From positions 239,506,001 to 239,570,000 of the forward strand of contig OZ024742.1 of the NCBI GenBank assembly GCA_964016885.1: a stretch of 64,000 nucleotides of DNA, read 5' to 3'. The translations under genes were made by a program, and so were the position numbers. Below the pieces are notes generated by a model, which saw only the letters and a program-made list of their open reading frames with translations, did no database searches and had not been told where the DNA came from. Source of the stretch: Eledone cirrhosa. Taxonomy: Eukaryota. Positions 40,084-51,018 of this stretch are shown here, in pieces; the first letter of the stretch is position 1, and each line of letters starts with the position of its first letter.

Positions 40084-40154
40084 TGTTTTATCTGATGAAA
40101 ACACAAATATTATTGCATGATGATGTTTGTTTTTGAAATGCGCATAATAAAATA
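40084..40154 (+). ncRNA. Type I hammerhead ribozyme motif (right arm of palindrome)
   Basis: tgttttat-CTGATGA-[~16-bp stem II]-GAAA-tgcgca-TA-ataaaata; palindromic stem III ATGCGCAT; predicted cleavage after 40146. Confidence 0.8.
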
Positions 40155-40184
40155 CATGGAACTCCTTTAACCATCTTTTGATCT

Positions 40185-40258
<74 letters not shown>

Positions 40259-40619
40259 AGTAGTTCCACAATAGTTAATTCACCATTTCCAAGAACAATT
40301 GTTTCACTTTATATGGATCATCAGCTCGGTTTAAATGAGATTGTACAGAAAAGGAAAAACAATTGTACGAATATGCATGTGCAGAAACAGTCACTTCCCA
40401 AAGGGGAGGAACCCATGTTGGATCAGTGCAAAGGGAGACAACTGTTGATACTCAGAATAAAAATAGATTATTCATGTTATTCAGTCCAGAATATTATAGA
40501 TTGCTCATGTTAGTCAGTTTGGAACTTTGTAATTATGTAATAGGTGTTTCTAGATGATGAGGAGGAGGATGAGGAGAAGGATTATAAATATATGTATATT
40601 TATATAAATATATATATAT

Positions 40620-40860
40620 ATCATCATCATCATCATTGTTTAACATCCATTTTTCCATGCTAGCATGGGTTAGATAGGTTGCCCTTACATTGTGAGACAA
40701 GTCAGATCAGGTGACCATATCTTGCTTTTACAGAACTGTTTCTGGCTTGGTTTCTATAGTTGGATGCCCTTCCTAATGCCAACCACATTTACAGCTTTTT
40801 ATTGTAGCAGCAAAACAATCAACTGACAGATTATACTGGGTGCTTTTTGTTGTGTTGCTA
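40620..40860 (-). mobile_element. Headless SINE B / RTE-dependent tail fragment
   Basis: (CAT)n, ccatgctagcatggg, ggatgcccttcc. Confidence 0.65.
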
Positions 40861-40889
40861 ACATTATATATATATAATATATATATATA

Positions 40890-42193
40890 CAGGGTGGGGC
40901 ATAAAAACTGTTACAAAATAAAATGCAAATATTTCTTGAAAAAAACATTTATTTCAAGATCTGACTTCAACAAATAGTAAGTAATATACTATTAAACAAC
41001 TGCACAAAAATTTATTCGAAATGCTTTCCTCTAACTCTCACCACCACTGGAAGTCTTCTAGGAAAGTCTTCGATGACTGCACAAACAGTTTCCATGGGTA
41101 TTTTCTCCCATACTTTATTCAGTTTTGATTTTAGAGTTTCAATATTTTGGCTAGGAGTAGAGCAGGTTTCACTCTCAAGAATTGACCATAAAGAAAAATC
41201 GAGAGGGTTGAGATCTGGTGATGTGGGAGGCCACTCTTCCTTACTGATCCATGCAGGACAATGGTCTCTACACCACTGTTGTGTTATGCAAGAAGTGTGG
41301 CTCGTCGCTCCATCTTGTTGGAGAGTCCAAATGTCATCGCCATAAACAGATATGCACCATGGCATCAGTGCTCCTTCCAAAATATCCTTTATGCAAAGTT
41401 CTTTGTTAATTTTAACTCCTTGAGGCACAAAAATCAGAGGAGACTTACCTCTTTCAGAAATGGCTGCCCAAATCATCACTGATGCTGGTTTCTGTGTTCT
41501 GAACACTTTTCCTACACTTGAAGGAATTGATTTGAGACTTTTTGCAAGTACTCGATCATTTTGATGATTGTGAGACTGCTGCACAGTGAATAACTTCTCA
41601 TCTGTAAAGATGATGTTTTGCAGCGTGCCATCCTTGATACAGTTCAATAACAGTTTACTTCTGGAGAGCCTCTTTTCAATTGTGGCTGCAGAAAGAAGCT
41701 CCCTCTTTTGGAACTTATAGGGTGACATCCCCAGATCATTTCGACATATCCTCCGCATAGTTCTCGGTGATGTTTCTGCTTCTTCTGCCATTTTTCTCAT
41801 GGACCTTCTTGGATTATGCCTTATTTTTTCCCTCACACTTTTAACGAGTTTTGGTGTTCTTGAAGTGCGAGGGCGTCTGGATCGAGGTCTGTCTTTGATC
41901 GAGGAAGTTTCCTTAAATCGATCGATTGTCCTTTTGATCAACATTCTATTGATCTTAAGAATTTCCCCCAGTTTAAATATCTCGGGTGGAGTCAGGCCTT
42001 TTTCATGCTTCTCTATTATGAACTTTCTTTTCAATTCTATGGACATTGCAAACTGTTAATGGAGTAATGTTCTGAAAAATAGTTAATATGGTTATAGTGC
42101 ATGGATTTGATACAAATATATTAGTTATATTAGCAACATAATGTATTTTTAAATTGATTTAAAACTTTGTAACAGGAATTATGCCCCACCCTG
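40890..42193 (-). mobile_element. Full-length Tc1/mariner DD37D (maT-type) DNA transposon
   Basis: 28-bp TIRs cagggtggggcataa..ctgttacaaa with 3 mismatches; TA on both flanks; internal transposase. Confidence 0.95.
41012..42046 (-). CDS. DD37D transposase, 344 aa, uninterrupted
   Basis: N-terminal HTH region with RSRRPR; FTDEK, QQDGA and SPDLNPLD, with 37 residues between the 2nd and 3rd Asp. Confidence 0.92.
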   Translation of the reverse strand: MSIELKRKFIIEKHEKGLTPPEIFKLGEILKINRMLIKRTIDRFKETSSIKDRPRSRRPRTSRTPKLVKSVREKIRHNPRRSMRKMAEEAETSPRTMRRICRNDLGMSPYKFQKRELLSAATIEKRLSRSKLLLNCIKDGTLQNIIFTDEKLFTVQQSHNHQNDRVLAKSLKSIPSSVGKVFRTQKPASVMIWAAISERGKSPLIFVPQGVKINKELCIKDILEGALMPWCISVYGDDIWTLQQDGATSHTSCITQQWCRDHCPAWISKEEWPPTSPDLNPLDFSLWSILESETCSTPSQNIETLKSKLNKVWEKIPMETVCAVIEDFPRRLPVVVRVRGKHFE

Positions 42194-42385
42194 TACATAT
42201 ATTGCATATATATATAAATGCTTTATGTAATGTACAGAGCCAAAATATATTATATGAATTAAATTTCAACACAAATGCATGCTACCTAAGGTTTCAAACT
42301 TCAATCAGCATAGGACATAGACATTCTATATCTGCTATGCTAGTTTAGTTATCTTCAGGCAAAACCAAGTTTGTATATGTATATA

Positions 42386-42556
42386 TAATGAAGGAAGTGT
42401 GGTAAGGAACCAGATGGACCATAACGCACCAGAGTCCTCGATACTTTGGGTAGTAGAGTAGGTAATAGGAAAAGAGTCAAGACCCCGACGGCAGAGCTCA
42501 TGCCGTTTCGACGGCTATTTCTGGACTCAGAGTCCAGAAATAGCCATTGAAACGCA
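42386..42556 (-). mobile_element. pLTR-like tail with the 3' half of a hammerhead and a fold-back
   Basis: Minus strand GAAAC-ggca..tgcc-GTC; palindrome 42504-42554; TA-rich flanks. Confidence 0.5.
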
Positions 42557-42647
42557 TATATATAAATATATGCCTGATCGACAGAGAAACATATGTAATA
42601 TGTTAATAAATTGTGGTTTGATGCAATACTGATTCCTCATCTATAAT

Positions 42648-42826
42648 AATTGTTTCTATTTTTGGCACAAGGCCAGCAATTACCCAGTACATTACTGGTA
42701 CTTTATTTTATCGACCCCGTAAGGATGAAAGGCAAAGTTAACCTCGGCGGGATTTGAACTCAGAATGGCAAGGGCCGTAACTCTATGCGTCAAAGCATGG
42801 CATCCGACCCTCTACCGATACTGCCA
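42648..42826 (-). mobile_element. SINE family A
   Basis: Near-identical to 28271-28445. Confidence 0.88.
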
Positions 42827-42851
42827 TAATAATAATATATATATACACACT

Positions 42852-42933
42852 CACAGGGTGTCGAAAACGTCACTAGGTCATTTTATATATACTATAATTT
42901 GAAATGATCTAGTGACTTTTGGGAGATCCTGTG
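42852..42933. mobile_element. Tiny Tc1/mariner-like MITE
   Basis: ~32-bp imperfect TIRs cacagg..gtcactag(g/a)tcattt with a ~18-bp spacer. Confidence 0.6.
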
Positions 42934-42934
42934 T

Positions 42935-43473
42935 ATGTGTATATATATATATATATATATACACACACATATATATACATACACACACATATATATATAT
43001 ACATACACACACATATATATATACATACACACATACACATATATACATACACACACACATATATACATACAGACACATATACATATATACATACACACAC
43101 ATATACATACACACACACACATATATACATACACACACACATATATACATACACACACACACATATATACATACACACACGCACACATATATACATACAC
43201 ACACGCACACATATATACATACACACACGCACACATATATACATACACACACACACATATATACATACACACACACACACACATATACATACACACACAC
43301 ATATATACATACACACACACACATATACATACACACACACACATATACATACACACACACACACACATATATACATACACACACACACACATATACATAC
43401 ACACACACATATACATCACACACACACACATATATACATACACACACATATATACATACACACACACACACAT

Positions 43474-43510
<37 letters not shown>

Positions 43511-43530
43511 CAGTATATATATATATATAT
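42935..43530. repeat. Compound (CA)/(TA) microsatellite
   Basis: atatacatacacacacac units. Confidence 0.95.
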
Positions 43531-43894
43531 CATAATCGTCATCGTTTAACGTCCATTTTCCATGCTAGCATGGGTTATATATGTATATATATAAATGCCT
43601 GGCGATGATGATTGGAACTGACATGTAGAGATACGCTGATTAGGCATAACATTTTTAAAAAGAAAACATTGATATTATTTTGATAGATAGAAATGTAAGT
43701 ATATTTCTATAAATGACACTTAAAGCAAAACTTTTGAAGCCCATGACAGGATATTTCTTACCAAGTGTCATTGGCAACTGCTGACATTAACACTTAATGT
43801 CCTGTACTGCATGAAACTCCAATAGTAAAATATTATTGAAAAGTAAATAATAGCCTGACTACATTACATTATAAAATTAAAGTCTTTATTTTAA

Positions 43895-44105
43895 CCCTTT
43901 AGCATTTACATTACTCTATATTTACTATTGTATTTTTGTGGTAAACACTTTACCTCACATAATTATCTCACATAATATTGAACCTATGAGATTTTGATGT
44001 TATTTATTTTGAGAACAATACCTTAACATTAGTATGAGTGGCCAGTTTGAACAGAAAGAAGTGAGAGAATTCTGGCCAGTTACAGTTGGTTTAGATGTTA
44101 AAGGG
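43895..44105. mobile_element. piggyBac-like MITE with TTAA TSD
   Basis: TTAA-CCCTTTAGCATTTA ... TAGATGTTAAAGGG-TTAA. Confidence 0.75.
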
Positions 44106-44463
44106 TTAATAGTGTAAATTTTCACAACAATATGACCACTAATAAATATACTATAAACTGTTGAATTAAAAATAATATGACAGCTGCAGTCTCATGTCCT
44201 CTGTTTCCCCCATACCAGAAATTGGAGAAGGTTGGTTGTCATTTTACTGGGAGGCACTGAGGTATGGTTTTGAAGGACGTGTTTGAATTTAATTTATAAC
44301 TGGTATAGTATATATATATATATGGTGGGTAGGGTTGATTGTAGCATTATGATTTGCATTTGTTTGAATTCATGGGTAGTGTGGGTTTGGTTTAAATTTA
44401 TTGACATTTTAGTCAATAATAATGGCAAATAATGGTCTTTGTTATATATATACATAGCTATGA

Positions 44464-44802
44464 AGGCACATAGCTTAATGGTTAGAGCATTGGCCTTGCA
44501 ATCGAAAGGTTGTGAGTTCAATTCCCAGACCGGGTGATGTGTTGTTTCCTTGAGCAAGACACTTTATTTCACATTGTTCCAGTTTACTCAGCTGTAGAAA
44601 TGAGATGATAGGGACTGGGGTCCATATCATTCCACTGCGAAGTGGTCATGGAGGTACCACGGCAAAAAAAGCACCCAGCACTCACTGTAAATGAGGTTGG
44701 TGTTAGGAAGGGCATCCAGCTGTAGAAATTAAGCCAGAATCAGTTCCTGCCCCACCCTTGCAAGCAGGGAAAAGCAGACGTAAAAATGATGATGATGATG
44801 AT
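44464..44802 (+). mobile_element. CORE-type SINE family B (short tail)
   Basis: Full head, CORE block, GGAAGGGCATCC and RTE-A 3' tail. Confidence 0.9.
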
Positions 44803-45205
44803 ACATAATCTACAAACTTAACTTTGTTACACTTTGGTAAAGAAAGTGTGTTGTTTATGACTTAAATGTCTCTAATTGTTTTAGACAACACAAGATCTTA
44901 TATCAAATTACTGTAAAACTCAGGAACATATGAAGCATTTTATCATTAAAAAAAATCGTTTCCATTATTTCATCAAGAAACATCTTAGGAATAACAATGT
45001 CTTTTCAGTTTTTCTCGTTATTACCTAATAATTTCATTTGTTTTATCTGTTGTTGGCATTAGTAACTTCAAGAATGAATATGAAGCCTGTAAATTAAATT
45101 TATCAACGCCTGAATGTCTGAAAAATGAATGATTAAATTTCATATTTGTTTATGACTATTTACAGTGTTCTAAAAAGCATTAGTACTCTTTTGACAGAGG
45201 TCATT

Positions 45206-45447
45206 TTAGTCCTTTTGATACCAATCTGCCTGAATCTGGCCCTGGTTCTATATTTAAAAATCGTTTATTTTAAAGTGTTTACATTTATCTAAAAACCTTC
45301 CACATTAATTTTATGTAAGGACCTTTGTTAACTTATGCTTCAAATACATCTTTAATACTGAAAAAGTTATCTATATTATTGAATCTTGATTATTTTCAAA
45401 ATTGTAGACAGTGTCATTCATTAAAAATATGGTAAGGAAAGGGTTAA
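45206..45447 (+). mobile_element. piggyBac-like MITE
   Basis: ttag-tccttttgatacc ... aaaggg-ttaa; the left end matches 15-59. Confidence 0.55.
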
Positions 45448-45489
45448 GGAAATGTTACAACTACATAAATCATAGCTTGGAGATCAGAT

Positions 45490-45823
45490 CAGAGAGTCAC
45501 GCCAGGTAGAGCCACTACTCCTCTGAATTGAGAGATCACAGCTCTGATACTATGGGGATGTGGTTAGAATGTCTCAGGAATGAATCGCTGGACAGATTTT
45601 ATGGGTGAAACCAACAGGTAGGAGACCCAGGGGTAGACCCTGAGCAAGATGGTTGCAAAACATCCATGGGCTTGGCTGGTCACGCTTGGGGATACAGCCA
45701 GATCAGTTGGAGATGGTTGCTTCTGATAGGACCCGTTGGATGGAGTGTTTGAGGACTCTGCCCCCACGACCCTCTCAGGAATAAGTGGGTGAAGAAAAAG
45801 AAGAAGAAGAAGAAGAAGAAGAA
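45490..45823 (+). mobile_element. RTE family C 3' end
   Basis: Homologous to 23615-23900; (GAA)n tail. Confidence 0.85.
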
Positions 45824-46283
45824 GGGACATAAATCTTTGAGGCAAATGCCATGACCCAGTGTATGATATTCTCTGAGTCTGAGAAGAATTTGTAATGGTT
45901 GGTTTTAACATTTTATGAGTGTTTTACGTATTAACCATCATTTATCATGTCAATTTGACAGAGTTGTGAGAACATTGGATATTTATTCCAAGTCTTTGCC
46001 TTTTTAGTTCAAAGCCTGTCAAGGTGCACTTTGCTTTTCATCTTATTGGTGTTAGTAAAAAAAGTACTAGCCAAGTGCTGGTGCAGTCCTTTCTCCTTCC
46101 AGCTGTTACATCCTGAATGTTCTGCTGGATCAAGAGAATGAGAGTCAAGAGGATGTCTGTGTCTGCCTGTGATTGTACGGACACCTAAAACCTGGTGCAT
46201 ACTAACATATCATACTCGATTGTGAGTGGCAGCTGTAGTAGTTATCATGTAAGCACTTGTAGTATTTAACACAAAATATAAAC

Positions 46284-46582
46284 TTCTTCTTCTTCGCCCA
46301 CTTATTCCTGAGAGCATTGAGGGGGCAGAGTCCTCAAACACACCTTCCTGTGGGTCCTGTTAGAAACAACTGTCTCCAACTGATCCAACTGGATCCCCAA
46401 ACGAGACCAGCCAAACCCATAGATATTATCCAACCACTTAGCTCGGGGTCTACCCCTGGGTCTCTTGCCGGTTGGTTTTGCCTATAAAATTTCTCCAGCG
46501 ATTCTTTCTTGAGACATTCTAACCACATGCCCATAGTATCAGAGCTGTGATCTCTCAATTTGGAGAAGTAGCGGCTCTACCA
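46284..46582 (-). mobile_element. RTE family C 3' end
   Basis: Inverted homologue of 45505-45800. Confidence 0.85.
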
Positions 46583-47347
46583 TCAGAAGATGCTGTTATG
46601 ATCAGGTTTAAGAGATCCACAAAGTATTCTCTCCACCTCTTGGTTTGATGTAGTATTCTCACCACCATATACTACATAAAACTGCATAAGCAAGACAATA
46701 TTGAAAAGTACAAAACAACACTATGACTTCATCACATAAATAATTTACTCTAATACTGCAAATTTTCACAATGATCTGTCCACTAATGAAGATACTATCA
46801 GCATTTGAATTGATGAATCTGTTTTTAGATATTTTCCGCTAAATCGTTACAAGATGTTAAAGATTAAATAAAATGTAACATTTTCTCCTATAACTTTTTT
46901 CCTGGATTCATACAAAAACAAATATGATGGGCCAATTTATTAGCTGCTATAAAAAGTATTTGAAACCTTCATATTATTTTGACAATGGCAATAAAACTAT
47001 ATAAATAAATCCTGGCAATAAAACTATATAAATAAATCCTATCTTAACACTTAACACTTTCAATAAGATGTTTACTTAAGATGAGGCAAGATATTCTAAA
47101 GGAATATATTTGCAATAAATCCTTCAACCAATATTTATTAAAACCTCTTTGTGAATTCCTTTGAAATGTGTGGGTGTACTGAATATGAAATCAAGCCTAT
47201 GATTAAAGTCATTAAATAGTAACAAGTGATCTGATGCTAATTCTCCAATACTGTGACAATAAACTGTCAGATGAGGATTCTCAAGTCCTCTCAAACATTA
47301 TAACCTATCTTTATGGCTGGTAGTGATGGTCATCTGCCTCCTCCTCC

Positions 47348-47349
<2 letters not shown>

Positions 47350-47401
<52 letters not shown>

Positions 47402-47592
47402 CACACACACATATATGCACACACACACATATACATACACACACATATATATACACACACACACACACACATATATGCACACACACACACACATATACAT
47501 ACACACACACATATATACACACACACACATATATATATATATATACACACATATATATATACGCACACACACACATATATATATATACATAT
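47350..47592. repeat. Compound (CA)/(TA) microsatellite
   Basis: Direct reading. Confidence 0.95.
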
Positions 47593-47788
47593 TCTACTAC
47601 TACCTTTTAACTCTGTCTAGGTGACTAAATGTTTTCTAGATTATAAACATACAACACTGTCAATTACAGTAAATGTCTATTTCATGAAGAGATAATTCTC
47701 TCACCTTCTTTTTCTGTCTGTATGTGAGTGGTTGTGTATGTATATATATATATATATACATGTAAGTATGAGCACGTAAATAAAATTC

Positions 47789-47824
<36 letters not shown>

Positions 47825-47831
<7 letters not shown>

Positions 47832-47935
47832 TAAAATAACAGATTAAAGTTTAAGCAAAGAATCGCTGCTTTCACCCTTAACGGGATCTTCTGAAACTCT
47901 TTGGATTTTAGTCTTCAAATTTATTATTATTACTA
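47825..47935. mobile_element. Rearranged second copy of the 14476-15078 element
   Basis: Matches ~14563-14637, joined to the reverse complement of 14476-14514. Confidence 0.75.
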
Positions 47936-47997
47936 TATATATATATATATGTGTGTGTGTGTATGTGTGTGTTTGTGTGTGTGTGTGCATGTGTGCG

Positions 47998-48033
<36 letters not shown>

Positions 48034-48323
48034 ACAAGTTAAAAAGGAAACAACACAGGAGAACAATACAATGCAATACAATGCTGATATTTATTAGTCT
48101 AATGCTTGATATAGTAGAAAAACAGTTTTGACAGTTTTGGACATTAGTCCTTCATCAGAAGATAGAATGAGGGATATAAGTAGAAACATAAAGACAGACA
48201 TAAGTAAGAGGATCCAGAAATAGAAAAAATATTTTACTGGAGGAAAGCTTGTGCATATATAGTCAGACATATATAGTCAGACATATATATACAGTCATAT
48301 ATATATATATATATATATATACA

Positions 48324-48770
48324 CAGCATGAAACAGACTGTCAGCTTCTCTCCCTTCTTTCGCCGAAAAGAAGTAAGTGAAATAGTCACTACTTTAAAAC
48401 TGATAGCGTATGGTCTTCTAAATGTTTTTAATTAAACATATAGTATATTGCCAAATATACTATACATACATTCATGTATACATTGCTATTTCAGAGCACC
48501 AATCTTAAAACCTAATTTTTGCTGGACGTTGATTATTACTGTAATTCTATAAGAATCCAGCTGCTATAATTTTCAGCAAAGGCAGAGGATTACGTGGCTC
48601 TGATGAACGCCAACCAGCGTGAAACAGACTGTCAGCTTCTCTCCTTCCTTTCGCCAAAAAGAAGTAAGTGACATAGTCACTACTTTAAAACTGCTAGCGT
48701 ATGGTCTTCTAAATATTTTTAATTAAACATACGGTATATTGCCAAATATATTATACATACATACATTCAT
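48324..48770 (+). mobile_element. Retrozyme / pLTR-like 291-bp tandem unit (1.5 copies) with hammerhead
   Basis: 48324-48478 is repeated from 48615; (TA)n flanks. Confidence 0.75.
48596..48637 (+). ncRNA. Minimal type I hammerhead ribozyme motif
   Basis: ggct-CTGATGA-acgc-caacca-gcgt-GAAAC-ag-a-ct-GTC-agct; predicted cleavage after 48633. Confidence 0.85.
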
Positions 48771-48777
48771 ATATATA

Positions 48778-49125
48778 TCATCATCATCACCGTTTTACGT
48801 CCGTTCTTCCACGCTAGCATGGGTTAGACGGGTTGTCCTGTCCTGAGCAGTGTCTGGTCGGCTGACCTTGTCTTGCTCATACGGGAACTGATTCTGGCTT
48901 GATTTCTACAGCTGGATGCCCTTCCTAACACCAACCTCATTTACAATGAGTGCTGGGTGCTTTTTTTCCGTGGCTCCTACACGTCCACTTTACAGTTGGG
49001 CTGGGTGCTTTGTTTGCCGTGGCACCTCCACGACCACTTTGCAGTGGAATGATAGGGACCCCAGCCCCTATCATCTCATTTCTACAGCTGAGTAAACTGG
49101 AGCAATGTGAAATAAAGTGTCTTGC
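48778..49125 (-). mobile_element. SINE family B long-tail variant, head missing
   Basis: Homologous to 3958-4310. Confidence 0.88.
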
Positions 49126-49247
49126 TTTCACTTCAATGCCTCTCCTTTGTTCTGTCCTACGCCATCTTGTTTTTGTGACACACACAAAAACAGGATGGTG
49201 TAGGACAGAACAAAGGAGAGACACAAAAACAAAGAAAAGAATCCCCA

Positions 49248-49290
49248 GTCACTGAAGAGGTCACAGAATGTGTGACGAAAGAACTTTGAC
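49248..49290 (+). ncRNA. Minimal type I hammerhead ribozyme motif
   Basis: gtca-CTGAAGA-g-gtcaca-gaatg-tgtgac-GAAAG-aa-CTT-tgac. Confidence 0.75.
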
Positions 49291-49500
49291 AATATATGAA
49301 CAATCGTGTGGTTGTGGAACCAACCAACCAACCGGAAATTTATAAATCCCTAAATTTATAAATTTAATTTATAATAAATTGAAGTGAAAGCAACTGGTGC
49401 GTGTGTTTCTTATTGGCAACATGACCCTCCCAAAGTATAACAATATCGGTTTCAACACACGTTTTCAGATAAAGAATCTTGCTAAACAAATTCAGAAACG

Positions 49501-49539
<39 letters not shown>

Positions 49540-49974
49540 ATAGTAATAATAATAATTTTTATATATATATATGTATGTATATATATATATATATATCCCG
49601 GTTCTATCTCTCTTGACGTCCGCACAAACTTCCATCATTCAAAGTTTAGTGCTTAGCAGCTGTACTGTCATGTGGCCATTATGTGATGCCTTGCGGTATC
49701 TTTTATCGCCCTCTGGGCCATACCCATGTCATGTGATGCGATGACTTGCACGAAAGTGCTACTGTCGTCCTCCCTAAGCTCTACCTAAGGAATACCTCTA
49801 CTTGTGTGCACTTGTATGTATATAAGGTCAGCTCCTGTCATCCCTACGCTGGTTAACTCACCTGGCTGAATGCGCACTCTCACACATAGACAACAATACA
49901 CAGACAATAGCCCTTTGACCACAACCTGGTCTGATGCACATCTCAGTCTTCATACGCACGCACACACACACATC

Positions 49975-50600
49975 CTCATGAAATTAACATGTAAGTGGTG
50001 GAGCATTCTATAGACATATGTACTCTTAATGTAATTCTCTGGCAGATTAAGCATGACATAGTGTATGACAAGGCTGGTCCTTACAGGTACAATCCATCTG
50101 ATGGATTTCGAGATAGTTTCTGTCTACCAAATTTCCCTCACAATGTACAGGTTGATCCAAGGCTCCAATAAATGACACTTGCTCCAGATGACATGCTGTG
50201 GGATTGAACCCAGGACCTAATGATTGTGAAACAAACTTCTTAACCATTCAACCATACTACATCTATGGAAAGACATTCTCTCAGGAATGACCATGGGTTT
50301 TACACCTAGAAAGTTCCCCTCTAAGGCACAAGCCCAGACAAGGTATTTTTGTGGAAGACCAGTAGATGCCTGTGTATAACAGTCTGCCCTCTCTATATCA
50401 GCCATATTGTCAAAGGGAAAAACAAAGGCCAATACAATTTGATACCATAGATGTCGCAACTCATTTCTACAGCTGAGAGAACCAGAGCAACATGAAATAA
50501 AGTGTCTTGCTCAAGGACACAATGCATTGCCCAGTCAGGGAATCAAACTGACAAGCTTACATTTGTGAATCCAACTCTCTAACCATTAAGCCACGTGCCT
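49975..50600 (-). mobile_element. Decayed tRNA/CORE SINE pieces
   Basis: CORE block and head at 50460-50600; related plus-strand copy at ~60920-61230. Confidence 0.6.
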
Positions 50601-51018
50601 ACTACAGACACATATGTGTACAAATATCGCAGACTAAGTTTACCCCATCCATTTCAGAAATTGTGTGTTCATGAGCAGTTGTTCCATTGATTGAACAACA
50701 AACAGGATGTACTTGCCATTGTGCCATGTTTACTCTGCTTCCCATCATGGCTCCTCTCTCTAAGGACACAATTGCCCTGATGATAATGTCATAATGTCAC
50801 ACTGAAATGCATCCAATGCACTCTGCATGTGTGGGATTGGGTCCATGATAAAATGCACTTTCACCTAGCCCATGCTATAAAAGGATAATACTGGTGTCAT
50901 GATAAATTTCACCTAGTGCACTCTGTAAAATGGTTGGTATTGGGAAAGACATCTAGCTGTAGAAACCAGGCTAAACCAGAACATATGAGCAAGAAGTGGT
51001 CATCTGACCTGTTTAGTC

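Noticed and set aside
42570-42605. ctgatcga..GAAACATATGTA
   Set aside because: Core altered and stems I and II cannot be formed
46779-46825. ctaatga..gaattgatgaatc hammerhead relic
   Set aside because: Two core changes and weak stems; not distinguishable from chance
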